The notes beneath the pieces were generated by a model. The model had not been told where the DNA came from. It ran no database searches and saw nothing but the letters and a program-made list of their open reading frames with translations. Shown here piece by piece: positions 1 to 13,600 of a stretch of 64,000 nt of DNA. The position numbers and the translations under genes were made by a program. The stretch is taken from the NCBI GenBank assembly GCA_043228905.1, contig JBHGNT010000016.1:16244001-16308000 (forward strand), read 5' to 3'. Position 1 is the first letter of the stretch, and every line of letters starts with the position of its first letter. This stretch comes from Azolla caroliniana (lineage: Eukaryota > Plantae > Polypodiophyta).

Positions 1-3000
1 GTTTACTTCTTTCGAGAGAAGGTTGAATCTTTTAAAATCTTCAAAAGATGGCATAAGTTTGTTGAGCGAGAGTCCGGAAAGTTAGTGAAGGAATTACGCT
101 CTGATCGAGGTGGAGAATTCTTATCAATAGAATTCTGTGAGTATTGCAAAGAGCATGGAATTACGCGCCAACTTAAAACTGCCTATACCCCACAACAAAA
201 TGGTGTTGTCGAACGTCGAAACCAAACAGTTGTCGAGATGGCTAGGTGTATGTTGAAGGCGCAAGCGCTACCTGACCCATTCTGGGCTGAAGCAGTGAAT
301 ACAACAGTTTACATCCTCAATCAGAGCTACACAAAGGCACTTCAAGGGAAAACACTGCACGAAGCTTATTCAGGCTAGAAACCTTCAGTGCTGCACTTTA
401 GAACCTTTGAGTGTACGTGCTATGCACATGTTCCAGATGTGGGCAGAAAGAAGTTGGATGCTAAAAGCAAGAACTGTATCTTTCTCAGATATAATGAAGA
501 GTCAAAGGCCTATCGACTCTACGATCCAGAGGCAAGAAAGATATTGACAAGCCGCGATGTGGTGTTCGATGAGGAACAACGACAACTAGCTGAGAACTGC
601 GATTCTCAAGTTATCTCATCAATTGAAGAGATATTTTACCCAATCCCAACCAATTTTCCAAAAAAGAAAGTTGAACCATCTGATGGTAATGGTTCACTAG
701 TTCAGCCTATGCCAGTCCCAAATGTAAAGAAAATACCTAAGTGGGCTCAACAACTTTTCAATGACCGAACTCCTAAAGTTGAGTTTCCTGAAACTTCAAC
801 TGATGGATTACGAAGATCAAGAAGAATACAGGAGCAAGGGAGAACCTCTGACCACATTGTCAACATGGCTCTGATGGTGGACATCATAGACTCAGTGAGT
901 GAGCCGACCTCGGTGGAGGAAGCCATGGCCGACCCGAAGTGGAAAGAGGCAATGATATCAGAATATGATAGCATCATGAAAAATGACACATGGGAGTTGG
1001 TAGAGAGGCCAACAAAGAAGAAGGTGATAGGCAGGAAGTGGGTGTGGAAAGTAAAGTATAAAGCTGATGGTTCTTTGGAGAAATTCAAGGCCAGGCTAGT
1101 AGGCCAAGGATACTCCCAAATTGAAGGGTTCGATGTACATGAAACATTTGCCCCGACAGCTCGCATGACAACAATTCGAATGGTCATAGCGTTGGTTGCT
1201 TCAAGAGGATGGCTGATTTACCAAATGGATGTCAAATCGGCATTTCTGAATGGGCATCTCAAGGAGGAGGTATACATGACGCAACCACTAAGGTTTGAGA
1301 TGCCGAATTCAGAAAACAAAGTATGCAAGCTGAAGAAGGCGTTGTATGGTCTAAAGTAAGCACCAAGAGCTTGGAACAAGAGGATAGACAACTTCTTACG
1401 ATCAATCGACTTTAAGCAATGTGCTTCAGATGCAAGTATGTATGTCAAAATGAAGGATGGGAAACAAGTCATCATCATCATTTACGTGGATGATCTAGTA
1501 CTTATTGGTGACCATGAAGAGTGCATTGGCCAAACACAAGAGTGTTTGAAAACTAAGTTTGAAATGACAGACTTGGGGATTCTACACTACTTCCTTGGAA
1601 TTGAGGTTTGGCAAACTTCGGTTGGCATCTTCATGTCACAAAGAAAGTATGCAACAGAGATCTTGAAGACCTTTGGGATGTTGGACAACAAGTCAAAGTC
1701 GACTCCAATGGAGTCAAACTGCAAACTATCCCAAGAAGACCCATCACCAATGGTTGACATAAGGAAGTATAGACAACTAGTAGGAAGTCTAATTTTCCTA
1801 TGCAACACTAGGTCGGATATTTGTTTTGAAGTCAGTGTGGTGAGTCAATTCAGCAACAAGCCGAAGGAGACTCATTGGAAAGCTGCTCTTCGTGTATTAA
1901 AGTAAATTGTTGGTACTTTAAATTACGGAATCTTCTAAAAGCCAACAATTGACGAACTTAGTGGGTATTGCGACTCCGATTGGGCTCGAGATACTGATTC
2001 CAGAAAATTAGTTTCTGGATATTGTTTTTCAATAGGTTCTGGAGCTGTTTCATGGAGTAGTAAAAAACAACCAATAGTAGCACTGTCTTCAACGGAGGCA
2101 GAATATAAAGCAGCATGCTAGGTAGTTTGGCTAAGAAGAATCCTTATGGATGTGGCGGTTCCAATAAGGACGGCAATAGTATTGAGGTGTGACAATCAGA
2201 GTTGCATGGCCATTGCCAAAAACCCTGTATTTCATGCACGTACTAAACACATAGAGATTCAATATCACTATGTGCGGGAGCTAATAAATGATGAGACTGT
2301 GGAGCATGAGTATTGTCCGACATCAGAAAATGCTACAGATATCTTCACAATGGCGCTTGGAGCAGAACAACTACAACAACACCTTCGAAGACTAGGAGTT
2401 GGTCATTGAGGGGGGGTGTTAGATATACTCAATGATCAGGACCAAGTTGTTAATCTATCCCCATATGTGCTCTTAGAGTGCACATTTTGTGATAGCACCC
2501 CAAATGAGCGACTAGTGTGCAACTCGACCATATGGGTCGATAAGTTGTTAATCTAGGAAACCGTAGATGCGTAGGACACAATGTATTTAGGAAAGAGAGA
2601 AATAGGTAATAGTATTGGTTAATCAAGCCAACTAGAATATTTTGTGGGCAAGTTACGATGTACTTAGTCTTGAAGTATGCATCATTGACTTCAAGATATA
2701 TACTAGCCTGTACCTAGGGAGTTGGGTCATATTAAATGACAAGTCAGTTGACAGAAAAGGAATATCTCCACTACTATCAACTGACTTGCACATTTAATGT
2801 TATACGTAGACCAAACATAGAAAGCAATCCACTTTCTTTTCACGGTGGTTGGCTTGATTATTTGTCCCCACTAATTTTGTAGTGAGTTGGTCCATATCCT
2901 ATCTAAGCTCTAAGGTGTGAGTGCATGGGAAAACTACCATTGTGAGCTACTCTCATATGTAATAGAAGTTTTGTTTTCATATATCCCATCCCTGTAGCTG

Positions 3001-3006
3001 CAACTC
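1..3006 (+). mobile_element. Ty1/copia LTR retrotransposon (integrase-RT-RNase H, 3' LTR); 5' part lies outside the window; several nonsense codons
   Basis: ORFs 85-2409 give LRSDRGGEF/TPQQNGVVER (integrase), QMDVKSAFLNG and YVDDL (RT), CDNQS..HARTKHI (RNase H) in copia order; PPT GAGGGGGGG 2408-2416 is followed by TG at 2417. Confidence 0.93.
2417..3006 (+). repeat. 3' LTR of the first copia; right end uncertain or cut by the next element
   Basis: Starts TGTTAG directly after the PPT; no partner LTR in the window to fix the end. Confidence 0.6.
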
Positions 3007-5311
3007 TGAAAAGAATGGCGTGCGGAAGCAGTATAGGAAACCGAACAATAGAAAACGCAGGTTTAATCGAAAGCTTAGGTTTGCACAGTACGCACGGGAG
3101 AGAGAAAGAGAGAGAGAGTAAAAACAAGAACTCAATTCAAAAATAATACTCGTTCTATACGTAGGATGTGCTCAGTGAGCACTTTTTATACAAGCCCTGA
3201 CAATTGGGCTAACACAAGTACTAACAGTACTTGACTACTCATAAATGAGCCTCCACTCTTACTCCCAAAACTATTCCTTACGAGGAATATCTTTCTACCA
3301 GCCTTTCGGTTTATGCCCCGATCCGGCCTTCCTACGCACTGGTTTGCGTACCGGTTTACGCATCCGTTTTACGCACCGGTCCGACCTAACCGATCGGTCC
3401 CAACCGATCCGGTCCTCAGCTTGGTCAGCAGATCCGGACGATGTTGAGCTTGTCTCTAAACACTCCCCCTCAAACTCAACTTGATGCTCTTCCGGATCTT
3501 CCGGATCACCGCTTCGGTTCCTCCTGGCTCCACACCTCGCTCGCGCTCTTCGGTCTGTTCGATTCTGCGCGCTTCGACCCTTTCAGTCGGCTTGTGTGCT
3601 CCCATGGCCCTTCACAGCTCCCTTTCCGTAGCGGTGTTGGTGCTTCTCCTGCTTCCTTCTTTTCCGCTTGGCCCTCGGTTGATTCAGTGTATCCGAATCA
3701 AACATTCGAACTGACTCGGCTACCTCCGATCGGTTTTCGCTCTCATCTGAGTTGGCTGTATCCAACTCATCTTCGCTCTTCTCTCCCTTGACGGCGTCAT
3801 CTCCCCCATGCTTGGTTGACTTCGGCTCTTCCTTTGGGCTGCTCCCCTTATGTCCGCTTCGGGATTCTTCCACAGATCCGCCCTCGGCTTCTTCAGCCGA
3901 TCCGAAGTCGAATTCGTCACCCGACTCGGTGTCGCGGTCTTCCCCGCTCCTTTCCAGCTTACTTCCATGGTCATTCGGGACGACGTCACTCCCCCTCAAG
4001 TTTGGCACGTCAAGGTGACGCAATCCAAGCGCACCTGAGAAGTGCCGCAACTTGTCCAAACCAAGGGGCTTGGTGAAGATGTCGGGAGTTTGCTGATCCG
4101 TCGGAAAATACTGAAGTTCGACTTCACCAGACCCCGTTCTTTGCAAGCTGGATGCTGCTGAGGTTGTCACAGTAGATCGTCGTCGGATCGGACACCTCCT
4201 CTAGCAGGTCCTTAAGTAGCCGCTTCAACCATATGGCTTCGCATGTCGCAACAACCACTCCTCTATACTCAGCTTCGGTGCTCGATAGTGCAACTGTCGG
4301 CTGCTTCTTACTGCTCCACGTTATCGCAACACTCCCAAGATAGAACGCGTATCCGGACGTGGATCAACGATCAAAGGCGTTACCAGACCAATAAGCATCG
4401 GTGTAGCTGACCAACTGTGAGGCTGCACGGGTCCGATATAGCAGTCCCCTGTCCTTAGTGCCGCTTACGTGCCGCAGTACGCGTTGCGCACACTGAAGGT
4501 GCTCCTCGGTAGGCCGCGCCATGAACTGACTGATCACCTCGACCGGGTAGCTGAGATCTGGTCGGGTGATGGTCAAGTATATAAGGCTGCCGACTATGTG
4601 TCGGAACCTCGTCGGGTCGCATACCTCTCTGGACTCGGGCCGAAGCTTGACGGTTCTATCCAGAGGAGTCGAGATGGACTTATAGTCTGCCATCCCAAAT
4701 TTGAAGAGCTTATTCAACGCATAATGGCGCTGGCTGATCAATATGCCTTCAGGGGTATGGATCACTTCGATCCCGAGGAAGTAATGAAGATCCCCCAGAT
4801 TCTTCATGTCGAACGATGTCACAAGCTGGAGCTTCACGTGGTCGATTTCACCTAGGTCGGCACCGGTGATGACCAAGTCATCAACATAGAGTAAAATACT
4901 GACAGGCCCAAGGTGACCTTTCCGAACGAACAGTGAGGAGTCCGATTTTGACGTCGCAAAGCCCATCCGACGCAGTCGATGCGTGATCTTCGCGTTCCAG
5001 GCACGCGGGGCTTGCTTCAGTCCGTAAAGGGACTTCTTCAATCGGCACACTCCCGACGTGTTCGTTCCGAAGTGAAATCCGGGGGGTTGTACCATGTACA
5101 CTTGTTCCTCAAGCTGGCCTTGCAGGAACGCATTCTTTACATCCATCTGATGCATGTACCACCCCTTTGCCGCAGCTACAACGAGCAAAACACGGACGAT
5201 CGTCATCTTCGCAACCGGCGCAAACGTCTCATCGTAATCGATGCCGTGTTTCTGCGCGTAGCCTTTCGCTACTAACCGGGCCTTGTATCGGTTGATCGAG
5301 CCGTCAATGTT
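3007..5311 (-). mobile_element. Ty1/copia family A, 5'-truncated (RT, RNase H, Pol C-terminal extension, 3' LTR 3007-3462)
   Basis: ORFs 4364-5206 and 3583-4170; PPT GAGGGGGAG at 3463-3471; LTR TGTTTAGAGACAAGCTCAAC...TTTTCA is homologous to 14768-15164; RT breaks off at ~5311. Confidence 0.92.
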
Positions 5312-5434
5312 TTAACTAATAGCCAATCTTCGGATGAAAACCAGCCAGAAGAGGTATGATTTTACGATATCCAGAGTGAAGACAATATGCCTTATCCGTA
5401 TTCTAAGTTCCGTGAGGGAGCTGATGTAAAAGCG

Positions 5435-5510
5435 CATGTTAGGGACTTCCTAACAACATGGTTAATCTCCCATGTTAGGGACTTCCTAACAACATGGTTA
5501 ATCTCCCATG
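5435..5510. repeat. Perfect 36-bp tandem duplication in gypsy gag
   Basis: CATGTTAGGGACTTCCTAACAACATGGTTAATCTCC x2 followed by CATG. Confidence 0.95.
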
Positions 5511-6267
5511 CAACAACCGAAGATAAGTCTAAGATTGTTGAGTTTGTTTTGTCATTGGATGGTTAGTCTGCTAACTAGTTCGCGCAAAATGGTCTTCGTG
5601 CGTTCGAAACATTCGAACAACTGACCAGTAAATTTCTGCAATTATTTCATCGTCAGATTCCTCAAAAGGATCTGATAGCGCAATTTTATGCGCTATATTA
5701 GGAGCAACATGAAACGGTGTCTCAGTTTGTAATCCATTTTCAGAATTTATAACTCCAAATATCCAGGCCCATTCCGGACAACGAATTGAAGGATGTATTC
5801 CTTGAAGCCATTCGTGAACCATTACGAACAACATTGAAAGTGTTTGATTTCCGGAATCAGACAATAGAGCAAATGATTGATAAGGGAATCGCTATGGGCC
5901 AAACTCCGATAAATGTACGACGTATGGATATGTCGGCATTACATCATACATTGCCAATGGTGGAGGAGTTGCAATTTAGACAAGCAGTACAATGTACTGC
6001 TTGTCTGAATACAGGGCATTCGGCAATTGAATGTAGTTTACAGACACATTGTACAATATGCCATTCTAAACTACATTCGGTCGAGCAATGTGAATATAAT
6101 TTACTCAATAAAACAACGGCGCCGGTCCGACAAATCTTTCTGGAAAATGGGTATCATAACAACCGGAATATGTTCAATAATGGATACCAGGAGAATGTTC
6201 GATAGGAGAATTTTCAAGAAAATCATGATTTCTCGGCGGCACAGAATACTAATCAACATCAACAAAA

Positions 6268-6742
6268 TGTCATGAACATCGAGTTGAATTCGAGCCTTAG
6301 GTCCTTGTACATACATATTTCTCCTAGAAAAACTTTAGACTTTAAACCTTTGTATAAAGACTTAGTATGTAAGACTGAGTATGTAAGACTCAACATGTAA
6401 GACTTGGCATGCAAGAATCAGTATGCTTGACTTGGCATGAGCATGCTTATCATGCATCACTATATGTATAAAAAGGGTTGATCTCCCTTGTTAACATCAA
6501 GGAGATCAACACCAGTCATGGAACAGATATTCGTACTCATTGTCATCAACTTCTCCATCTCTCTTTCTCATCAATTCACCCATATCTTTGTCTTCCAATT
6601 ATTCATCCATGACACAAAATGGCTTCAAGGAGATCAGCACCAGTCATGGAATAGATATTCATACTCATTGTCATCAACGTCTCCATCTCTGTTTCTCATC
6701 AATTCACCCATATCTTTGTCTTCCAATTATTCATCCATGACA
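6268..6742 (+). mobile_element. Solo LTR with 5-bp TSD CAAAA, internal 14-bp tandem repeats and a 128-bp duplicated 3' end
   Basis: TGTCATG...CATGACA termini; CAAAA at 6263-6267, 6615-6619 and 6743-6747; TATAAAA near 6467; about six AAGACTNAGTATGT-like units at ~6357-6440. Confidence 0.9.
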
Positions 6743-9700
6743 CAAAATGGCGGACGGTTTAAGTAGAACCATTATAAAAATAAAAAATTCTGTAAGCCAA
6801 AAGCCTCACGACAATTTCAACAACCTCTGAATTCTAATGGGAATGAAGGTCAGTGTTTATGCAAAGTGAAGGAAATGGAAATCATCAATATGTGCAAGGT
6901 GAAGGAAGTGGAACATTTGTTCCTACTTGCTATATTTGCTGACAAAGTGGTCATTATGCAAATTAGTGTCCCTCTAAAGGAAAAGGACCGGCGGTTAATA
7001 TGGTTATGCCAGAAATACAGCAAGTAACCACTAGAAGCAAAAGTAAACAATCGGAGTGGAAAATTCAGGAAGCAGTCTGGAAAGCAGCGAAGGAATGGGT
7101 AGAAGAAGCAAATCAAAGTAATGTATCCTGAATGCTCCAAGACAATGAGCTTAACCAAACTACCGAATTACCGACAGCTGTAGCGGTACCGGAACAAGAG
7201 GACACTTGGAAGATCTTGGCAGATTGCCAAGTATCATTACCGCTGACAGGATTACTCAAGTGAGTTCCTCGGTTTACTGAAAAGGTGACAACATTGATTG
7301 CCTAAAAGGGGTCGGAACAGGTAGCGGTGCACTATAGCCAACCAAGTACTAGTCCTTCGATCATGGATGAGCAAAATCCATCTATTAAGGTAATAATTCA
7401 TGGTCAAGAAATAGAAGGTGCTATTGTCGATGGTGGTTCAAGAGTTAATGTTATTAATAAAACTACTTGCGATCGACTAGGTATTACCAAATGGGAAGCA
7501 TGCCAGTAGATGAGCAAACAATGAAGGAAATCCGATTGCAGCAGGATGCTACCGATAGAGAGATGAAGGTGTCGCAATGAGTTCAAGCTTCAGCATTGGA
7601 AGAAGTAAATTTGGCAGAAAAGGATAAAGGCAATGAGTTGAAAACGATGCTGATTGCTAAGGATATGATAGAAGTGGATAAGCAAAGGTTAACGGCGTTA
7701 CTAAAACAATATAAGGATGTATTCGCTTCGTCTTTTGAAGATATGAAAGGGCTCTATCCGACTTTCTGTCAACATCCAATTAACCTGCATAATCATGCAA
7801 AACCAGTTCAGCAACGCAGGTATTGCTTAAATCCGAATTATGCTATTAAAGTGAAAGAAGAAATAGATAAACTTCTAAAAGTCGGGTTTATTCGTCCGGT
7901 GAAAAAATTAACATGGCTAAGTCCAATCGTAGTAGTTCTGAAGAAAAATGGCAAAATTCGATTCTGTGTCGACTACAGAAAACTGAATGCAGAAACGGTT
8001 ACAGATGCATTTCCATTACCATTCACGGATGGTATATTCGATGCGGTAGTTGGCCATGAAATGTATAGTTTCCTGGATGGTTTTAGTGGCTATAATCAGG
8101 TTCGGATGCATCCGGAAGATCAAGAGAAGACGGCTTTTGTTACAGAATGGGGAGTGTTTGTGGCGGTGGTAATGATGTTCAGTTTGAAAACAACTACAAC
8201 TACATTTTAAAGAGTTATATAGGAAATATTTGCGGATTACATTCCCGTATTTATGTAAGTCTTTATGGATGATTTTGCCATTTATAGTAGAAAATCGGAA
8301 CATTTTGAGCATTTACGGCTATGCTTAGAACAATGTCGGAAAGGTCGGCTTAGTTTGAATCCAGCAAAATGTGCATTCAACGTGACTAGTGGAACATTGT
8401 TAGGCCATATCGTCAGTCAAGAAGGAATTGCAGTTGATCCAGACAAAGTCAAAGCCATATTAGAAGCATCAGCACCTGAAAACGCTAAAGCTCTCAATCA
8501 GTTCTTGGGTCAGATTAGATGGAATATCAGGATGATAAGATATCTTGCGGATGTAGCTATTCCTTTACATACAACAGTGCACAAAGTTCTTATTCAATGG
8601 ACAAATGTAGAACAGGATGCATATGAATGTCTGAAGAAAATGCTGACCAAGGTGCTTGTGGCTCAATCACCTGATTGGAATAAACCATTCCATGTGTTCG
8701 TCAACGCATCGGATATCGCAATCGGAAGTGCATTAATGTAGTTAGCCGAATCGAATTGGTATAAACCAATGTATTATGCTAGTCGGAAACTCTCAACAGC
8801 AGAAAGAAATTACTCTACAACTGAAAGAGAAGCCTTAGGAATGATTTATAGTGTCAATAAATTTCGACACTATCTTTTGGGTAAAAAGTTTACATCTCAT
8901 GTCAATCATTCGGCTCTTCTTTATTTGGTTTCCAAGCAAGAGTTAACTGGTCACTTGGCAAGATGGACGTTGTTACTCCAAGAGTTTGAATTCGACATTT
9001 TACATAGGCTAGGAGTACAACATGTGGTTGCAGATTATCTCAGCTGACTGGAATCGGGAGAAGAAGGCATAGGTGTAAAAGATGATTTTCCGGATGGGCA
9101 GGTTTTTCGAGTGGAAGCAGTAAATGTCCAGGAAATAAATGAAGGAAGTGCGGATGCTTGGATCTCAGAAATGACAATCTTTCTTTCAATAGGGATACCA
9201 CCCGAACATTTATCAGCAGATGAGAGGAAAAGGTTAGCTATTCGGAGTCGAAATTTTTGTCTTTTGAACGACACTCTATATCATAAAGGTGCAAATGGAA
9301 TTTGGAGAAGAGCACTACGGGAGTTCGAGAAATCGGTCATTCTCAGGGAATCGCACTATGGAATTGCAGGTGGTCATTACGCCCGGGAAACAACAACCCG
9401 AAAGATATGGAACAATGGCTTGTGGTGGCTGACAGTCATGAAAGATGCAATCGACTATTGTCGGAAGTGTCATTTATGCCAACCAATGGGGCAACCTACA
9501 GAAAAAGACTGGATGTCATTTCAACATGTATTACCTCTGGAACCTTCCCAAACATGGGGTTTGGATTTTGTCGGCCCATTCAAACCGGCAGTAGTATGAA
9601 CTGGTAATCGTTACATTATAGTCGCCACCGATTACTACACAAAGTGGGTAGAAGCTAACCCTCTTAGAGATAATACAGCTGCTTCAACGACAACATTCTT

Positions 9701-10639
9701 GTACAAAAATATATGGTGTAGATTCGGGTGTCCAATAGAGTTAGTGAGCGATCAAGGTATGCATTTCATTAACAAGATTGTTCATGAGTTTTCTACATAC
9801 TATACAGTGATTCATAAGAAAAGTACTCCTTACTATCGACAAGAAAATGGATTAGCGGAGTTGACAAACAAAACTCTGCAGACGATACTCAAAAAGATAG
9901 TAAATGAGAACCGTACAGATTGGGATGAAAAGCTTCATAGTGCATTATGGGCATATCAGACGTCTTACAAAACATCTATTAAATCAATGCCTTTCTGTCT
10001 AGCATTCGGGTTAGAAGTGGTAATGCCAGTCGAATTTCAAATTCCAACACTCCGAATACAAGCAACTAAAAAGTTAAATGAGCTGCAGTCGGAACAAATT
10101 CGGAAAGAAACTTTATTACTGTTAGAAGAAGATCGAATACACATTATGTCAGCTTTGGAGCACAAGCAATGACAAACAAAAGCATTTGTAAATCGGCACC
10201 GACGGAAGACCGAAACACAGTTCGGAATCGGAAATTCAGTGCTCGTATTCCAAACCAAGATGGGGGCTATCGATTTAGATGGAGTGGACCAGTGTGGATT
10301 ATGAATAGCAAATATGGAACGTACCAGGTGGGTACTTTAGCAGGCGAAATTTTACCCAAATGGGTAAATGGTTTCCGGCTTAAACTGTATCACAGTGAAA
10401 TGCCGAAAAACCCATTCAAAGTTGAATCAATAAAAAAAACTAACTATAGAATATTTTCTTGGCAAAGACAACTAACTGTCAAAAAGGATTCTTGGGAATG
10501 ACTCACAAATGCTATAAATAAAGGGGGGAGTGAAGGCATGCTACTAATTGTCATTATTACTATACTTGGTTTATTACTTTAATAGCACTCCTAGTAATTA
10601 CCTACATTTATACTATCTTTTTATATATTCCCTAGGCAT

Positions 10640-13600
10640 AATGAAACGTGTTATTTCCTTAAAACTTATTTCTGCAACATTTGTTTCACCATGGAGACAG
10701 AAACGTATTCAAGCTCAGAAGTTCTCTGCTTTTCCTTGCCATAGCCTAAAGCTTTCTTCGCCTCCACCACAGAACGACGAATTGTTCAACGACGAAGATA
10801 ACATGCCGATCTTTGTTTCTGACAATTTGCAACGTTGGCTTGTCCGCAACAACTTGCAAGGTTTCCTCAAAGTTGCAGAAGCAGAACCACGTCCTCGTGC
10901 GGAAGCTTTGGTAGAGGAAATCAATGTCTGGAAGATTACTAATAAGAAGGTAAGAGTTGCATTAGAAATGAGAAGAGAAGGGTTCGACTATGTGCAAAAG
11001 GTAACCAAAGATGGTTTAAGGTCATACTTCGGTGAATATTCACCCTCGGCTAAAGCTTATCAAACACAAGGAGGTAGGGATATATTCTTTCATGAAGTTG
11101 CTAAATTTTTTATATAAGTAGGGTTTGTCAGTCCCCGATTCTATTGTATGCCCAAAAAGAGGATCGGGATTCATTATCGCCACACATGAGGGCGAAGTTT
11201 TCGATTGGGGGTTGTTGTCGGCAAAGGCTCTAAGAGAGTAGTTGTATTGGGTTCAGAAAGGGAAATCAATGAAGAAAATTTTTGCTCGTTGGTTGTCGGT
11301 GTTATTTCCGACTCAGGGGTCCGAAAACCGATCAGAGGAACGTAGGCTGCCACAACCACAACCATTTCGACCTTGACGACAAGTGCAATGTGAAGAGTGG
11401 AGGGAGGAAGAATCGACACATGTCGATACCACTCACCCAGAATTTGAACAACCAAAACTTGAACAACAACAAGAATCAGAACAACAACAGGTTGACGAGT
11501 CGACTCACAATCAACAATCGACGCCACAACCAGAACCCAACCAACAACCAGCCACAATACAGCTGGAAAGTGAGCAACAACTAGACATCAGGGACACTAC
11601 ACCACCAAGGGAGCAACAACAAGAATTGATACCCGTCGAACAACCAACACAACGACAATGCAGGGTAAAACAAAGGGCTCGACGTTTTCCACAACCAGAA
11701 CAAGAGTAACCTGCACAGAAGAAACAACGTACCAATGACCAAGCCTCTCAAAGCACATAGTTACCTCGTGTCAATCCTGATGACACGACTAAGATTCAAA
11801 AAGGGCAATCGTCGACAACAATGGTGCAGGAAGCGGTTGGTTTCTCCGACATTCCTCCAACAGCACACGGCCAAGAGGTTACAGGAACCGGATAGAAGAG
11901 GTTACAGGAGCTTAGGCGGTAAGGACCGCGGTATACATCCAGAACCGGATCAGAGATAAAGTATCAGCGCACGAGCAATATTTCGGAACGAAGCCGAACT
12001 TGCGACACTTGAGGGTGTTCGGTAGCATTGCGTATGTGCATATACCGAAGGAGAAAAGGAGGAAGCTGGACGCAAAGGATGAGAAATGCATCTTCGTCGG
12101 TTACTCGGACGAGCAGAAGGGTTATAAGTGCTATAACCCTCGCACTAAACAAGCGTGTGTCAGCCGCGACACTGTGTTTGACTAGTCCGCGTCCTGGTAC
12201 CTGCCCCCGACTCCAAACTCTGCCCCCAATCCGAGCTCTGACGATGAGGTCAACAAGGCCGAGATGCCTCCAGATGAGCCCGAAATCGAGACCCGCGAAG
12301 AGAGTCCGATTTCACTCCAGTTAAGTGGACCGATTGGACGACTGAGTCTGTACGACCAGTCCGATGAAGAGCCGGCGAGTAGTGGAGACTCGGCCGTGCA
12401 TTCCCCGCGTAGGAAGCCGAGGAGACGGCTTACGCGCGAAGAGAAAGGGAAGAAGAAGGTGTCGGATTCCGGCACGGATAGGAACGAGTCAGACCGATGC
12501 GAGTCCGACTCCGAGGGAACCGGTGACGGGTCTTTAAAGATGAAGACCGCGTCGACCGAGAAGGCCTCGACATCGGCTAATGTGAGATTGCGCCGATCTA
12601 CCCACCAAAAGAACCCAGTTGTGCGGTTCGGATACAACGAGTACATGGCGCATCATTATGCGTACATGACCCGTGTAGCGGAAGTGCGTGAGCCGGAGAG
12701 CTACGCAGAAGCGGCTAAAAACGCGAATTGGCGTGCCGCGATGGAGGAAGAGATGCACACATTGGCGGAGAACGAGACCTGGGACCTAGTTGACGCACCA
12801 AGAGGGGTAAAACCGATCGGGTGTAGGTGGATGTACAAAGTCAAGTACAACACCGATGGCTCGGTCAACTGGTACAAGGCTCGGCTAGTGGCAAAGGGCT
12901 ACACGCAGAAACACGGCATCGACTACGATGAGACGTTTGCACCGGTCGCGAAAATGACGACCGTCCGTGTTTTGCTCGTAGTAGCTGCGGCCAAGGGGTG
13001 GTACCTACATCAAATGGATGTAAAGAATGCGTTCCTGCAAGGTGACCTTGAGGAACAAGTGTACATGGTACAACCACCCAAATTTCACTCCGGCACGAAC
13101 TCCTCGGCAGTATGCCAACTGAAGAAGTCCCTTTACGGACTGAAGCAAGCCCCGCGTGCCTGGAACGCGAAGATCACGCAACAACTGCGTCAGATGGGCT
13201 TCGGCACGTCAAAATTGGACTCTTCCCTGTTCATCCGGAACTGTCGACTCGGACCGGTTAGTATTCTACTATATGTTGATGACTTGGTCATCACTGGCGC
13301 CGACCTAGATGAAATCGACCGCGTGAAGCTCCAGCTTGCGGCATCGTTCGACATGAAGGATCTAGGGGACCTTCATTACTTCCTTGGGATCAAAGTGATC
13401 CGTACCCCCGAAGGCATATTGATCAGCCAACGTCATTACGTGCTGAGTATGCTCTTCAAATTAGGGATGGCCGACTGTAAGTCCATCTCGACTCCTCTGG
13501 ACAGAACTGTCAAGCTTCGTCCCGATACGGGAAAGGTATGCGACCCGACGAGGTTCCGACAAATTGTCGGAAGCCTCATATACTTGACCATCACCCGACC

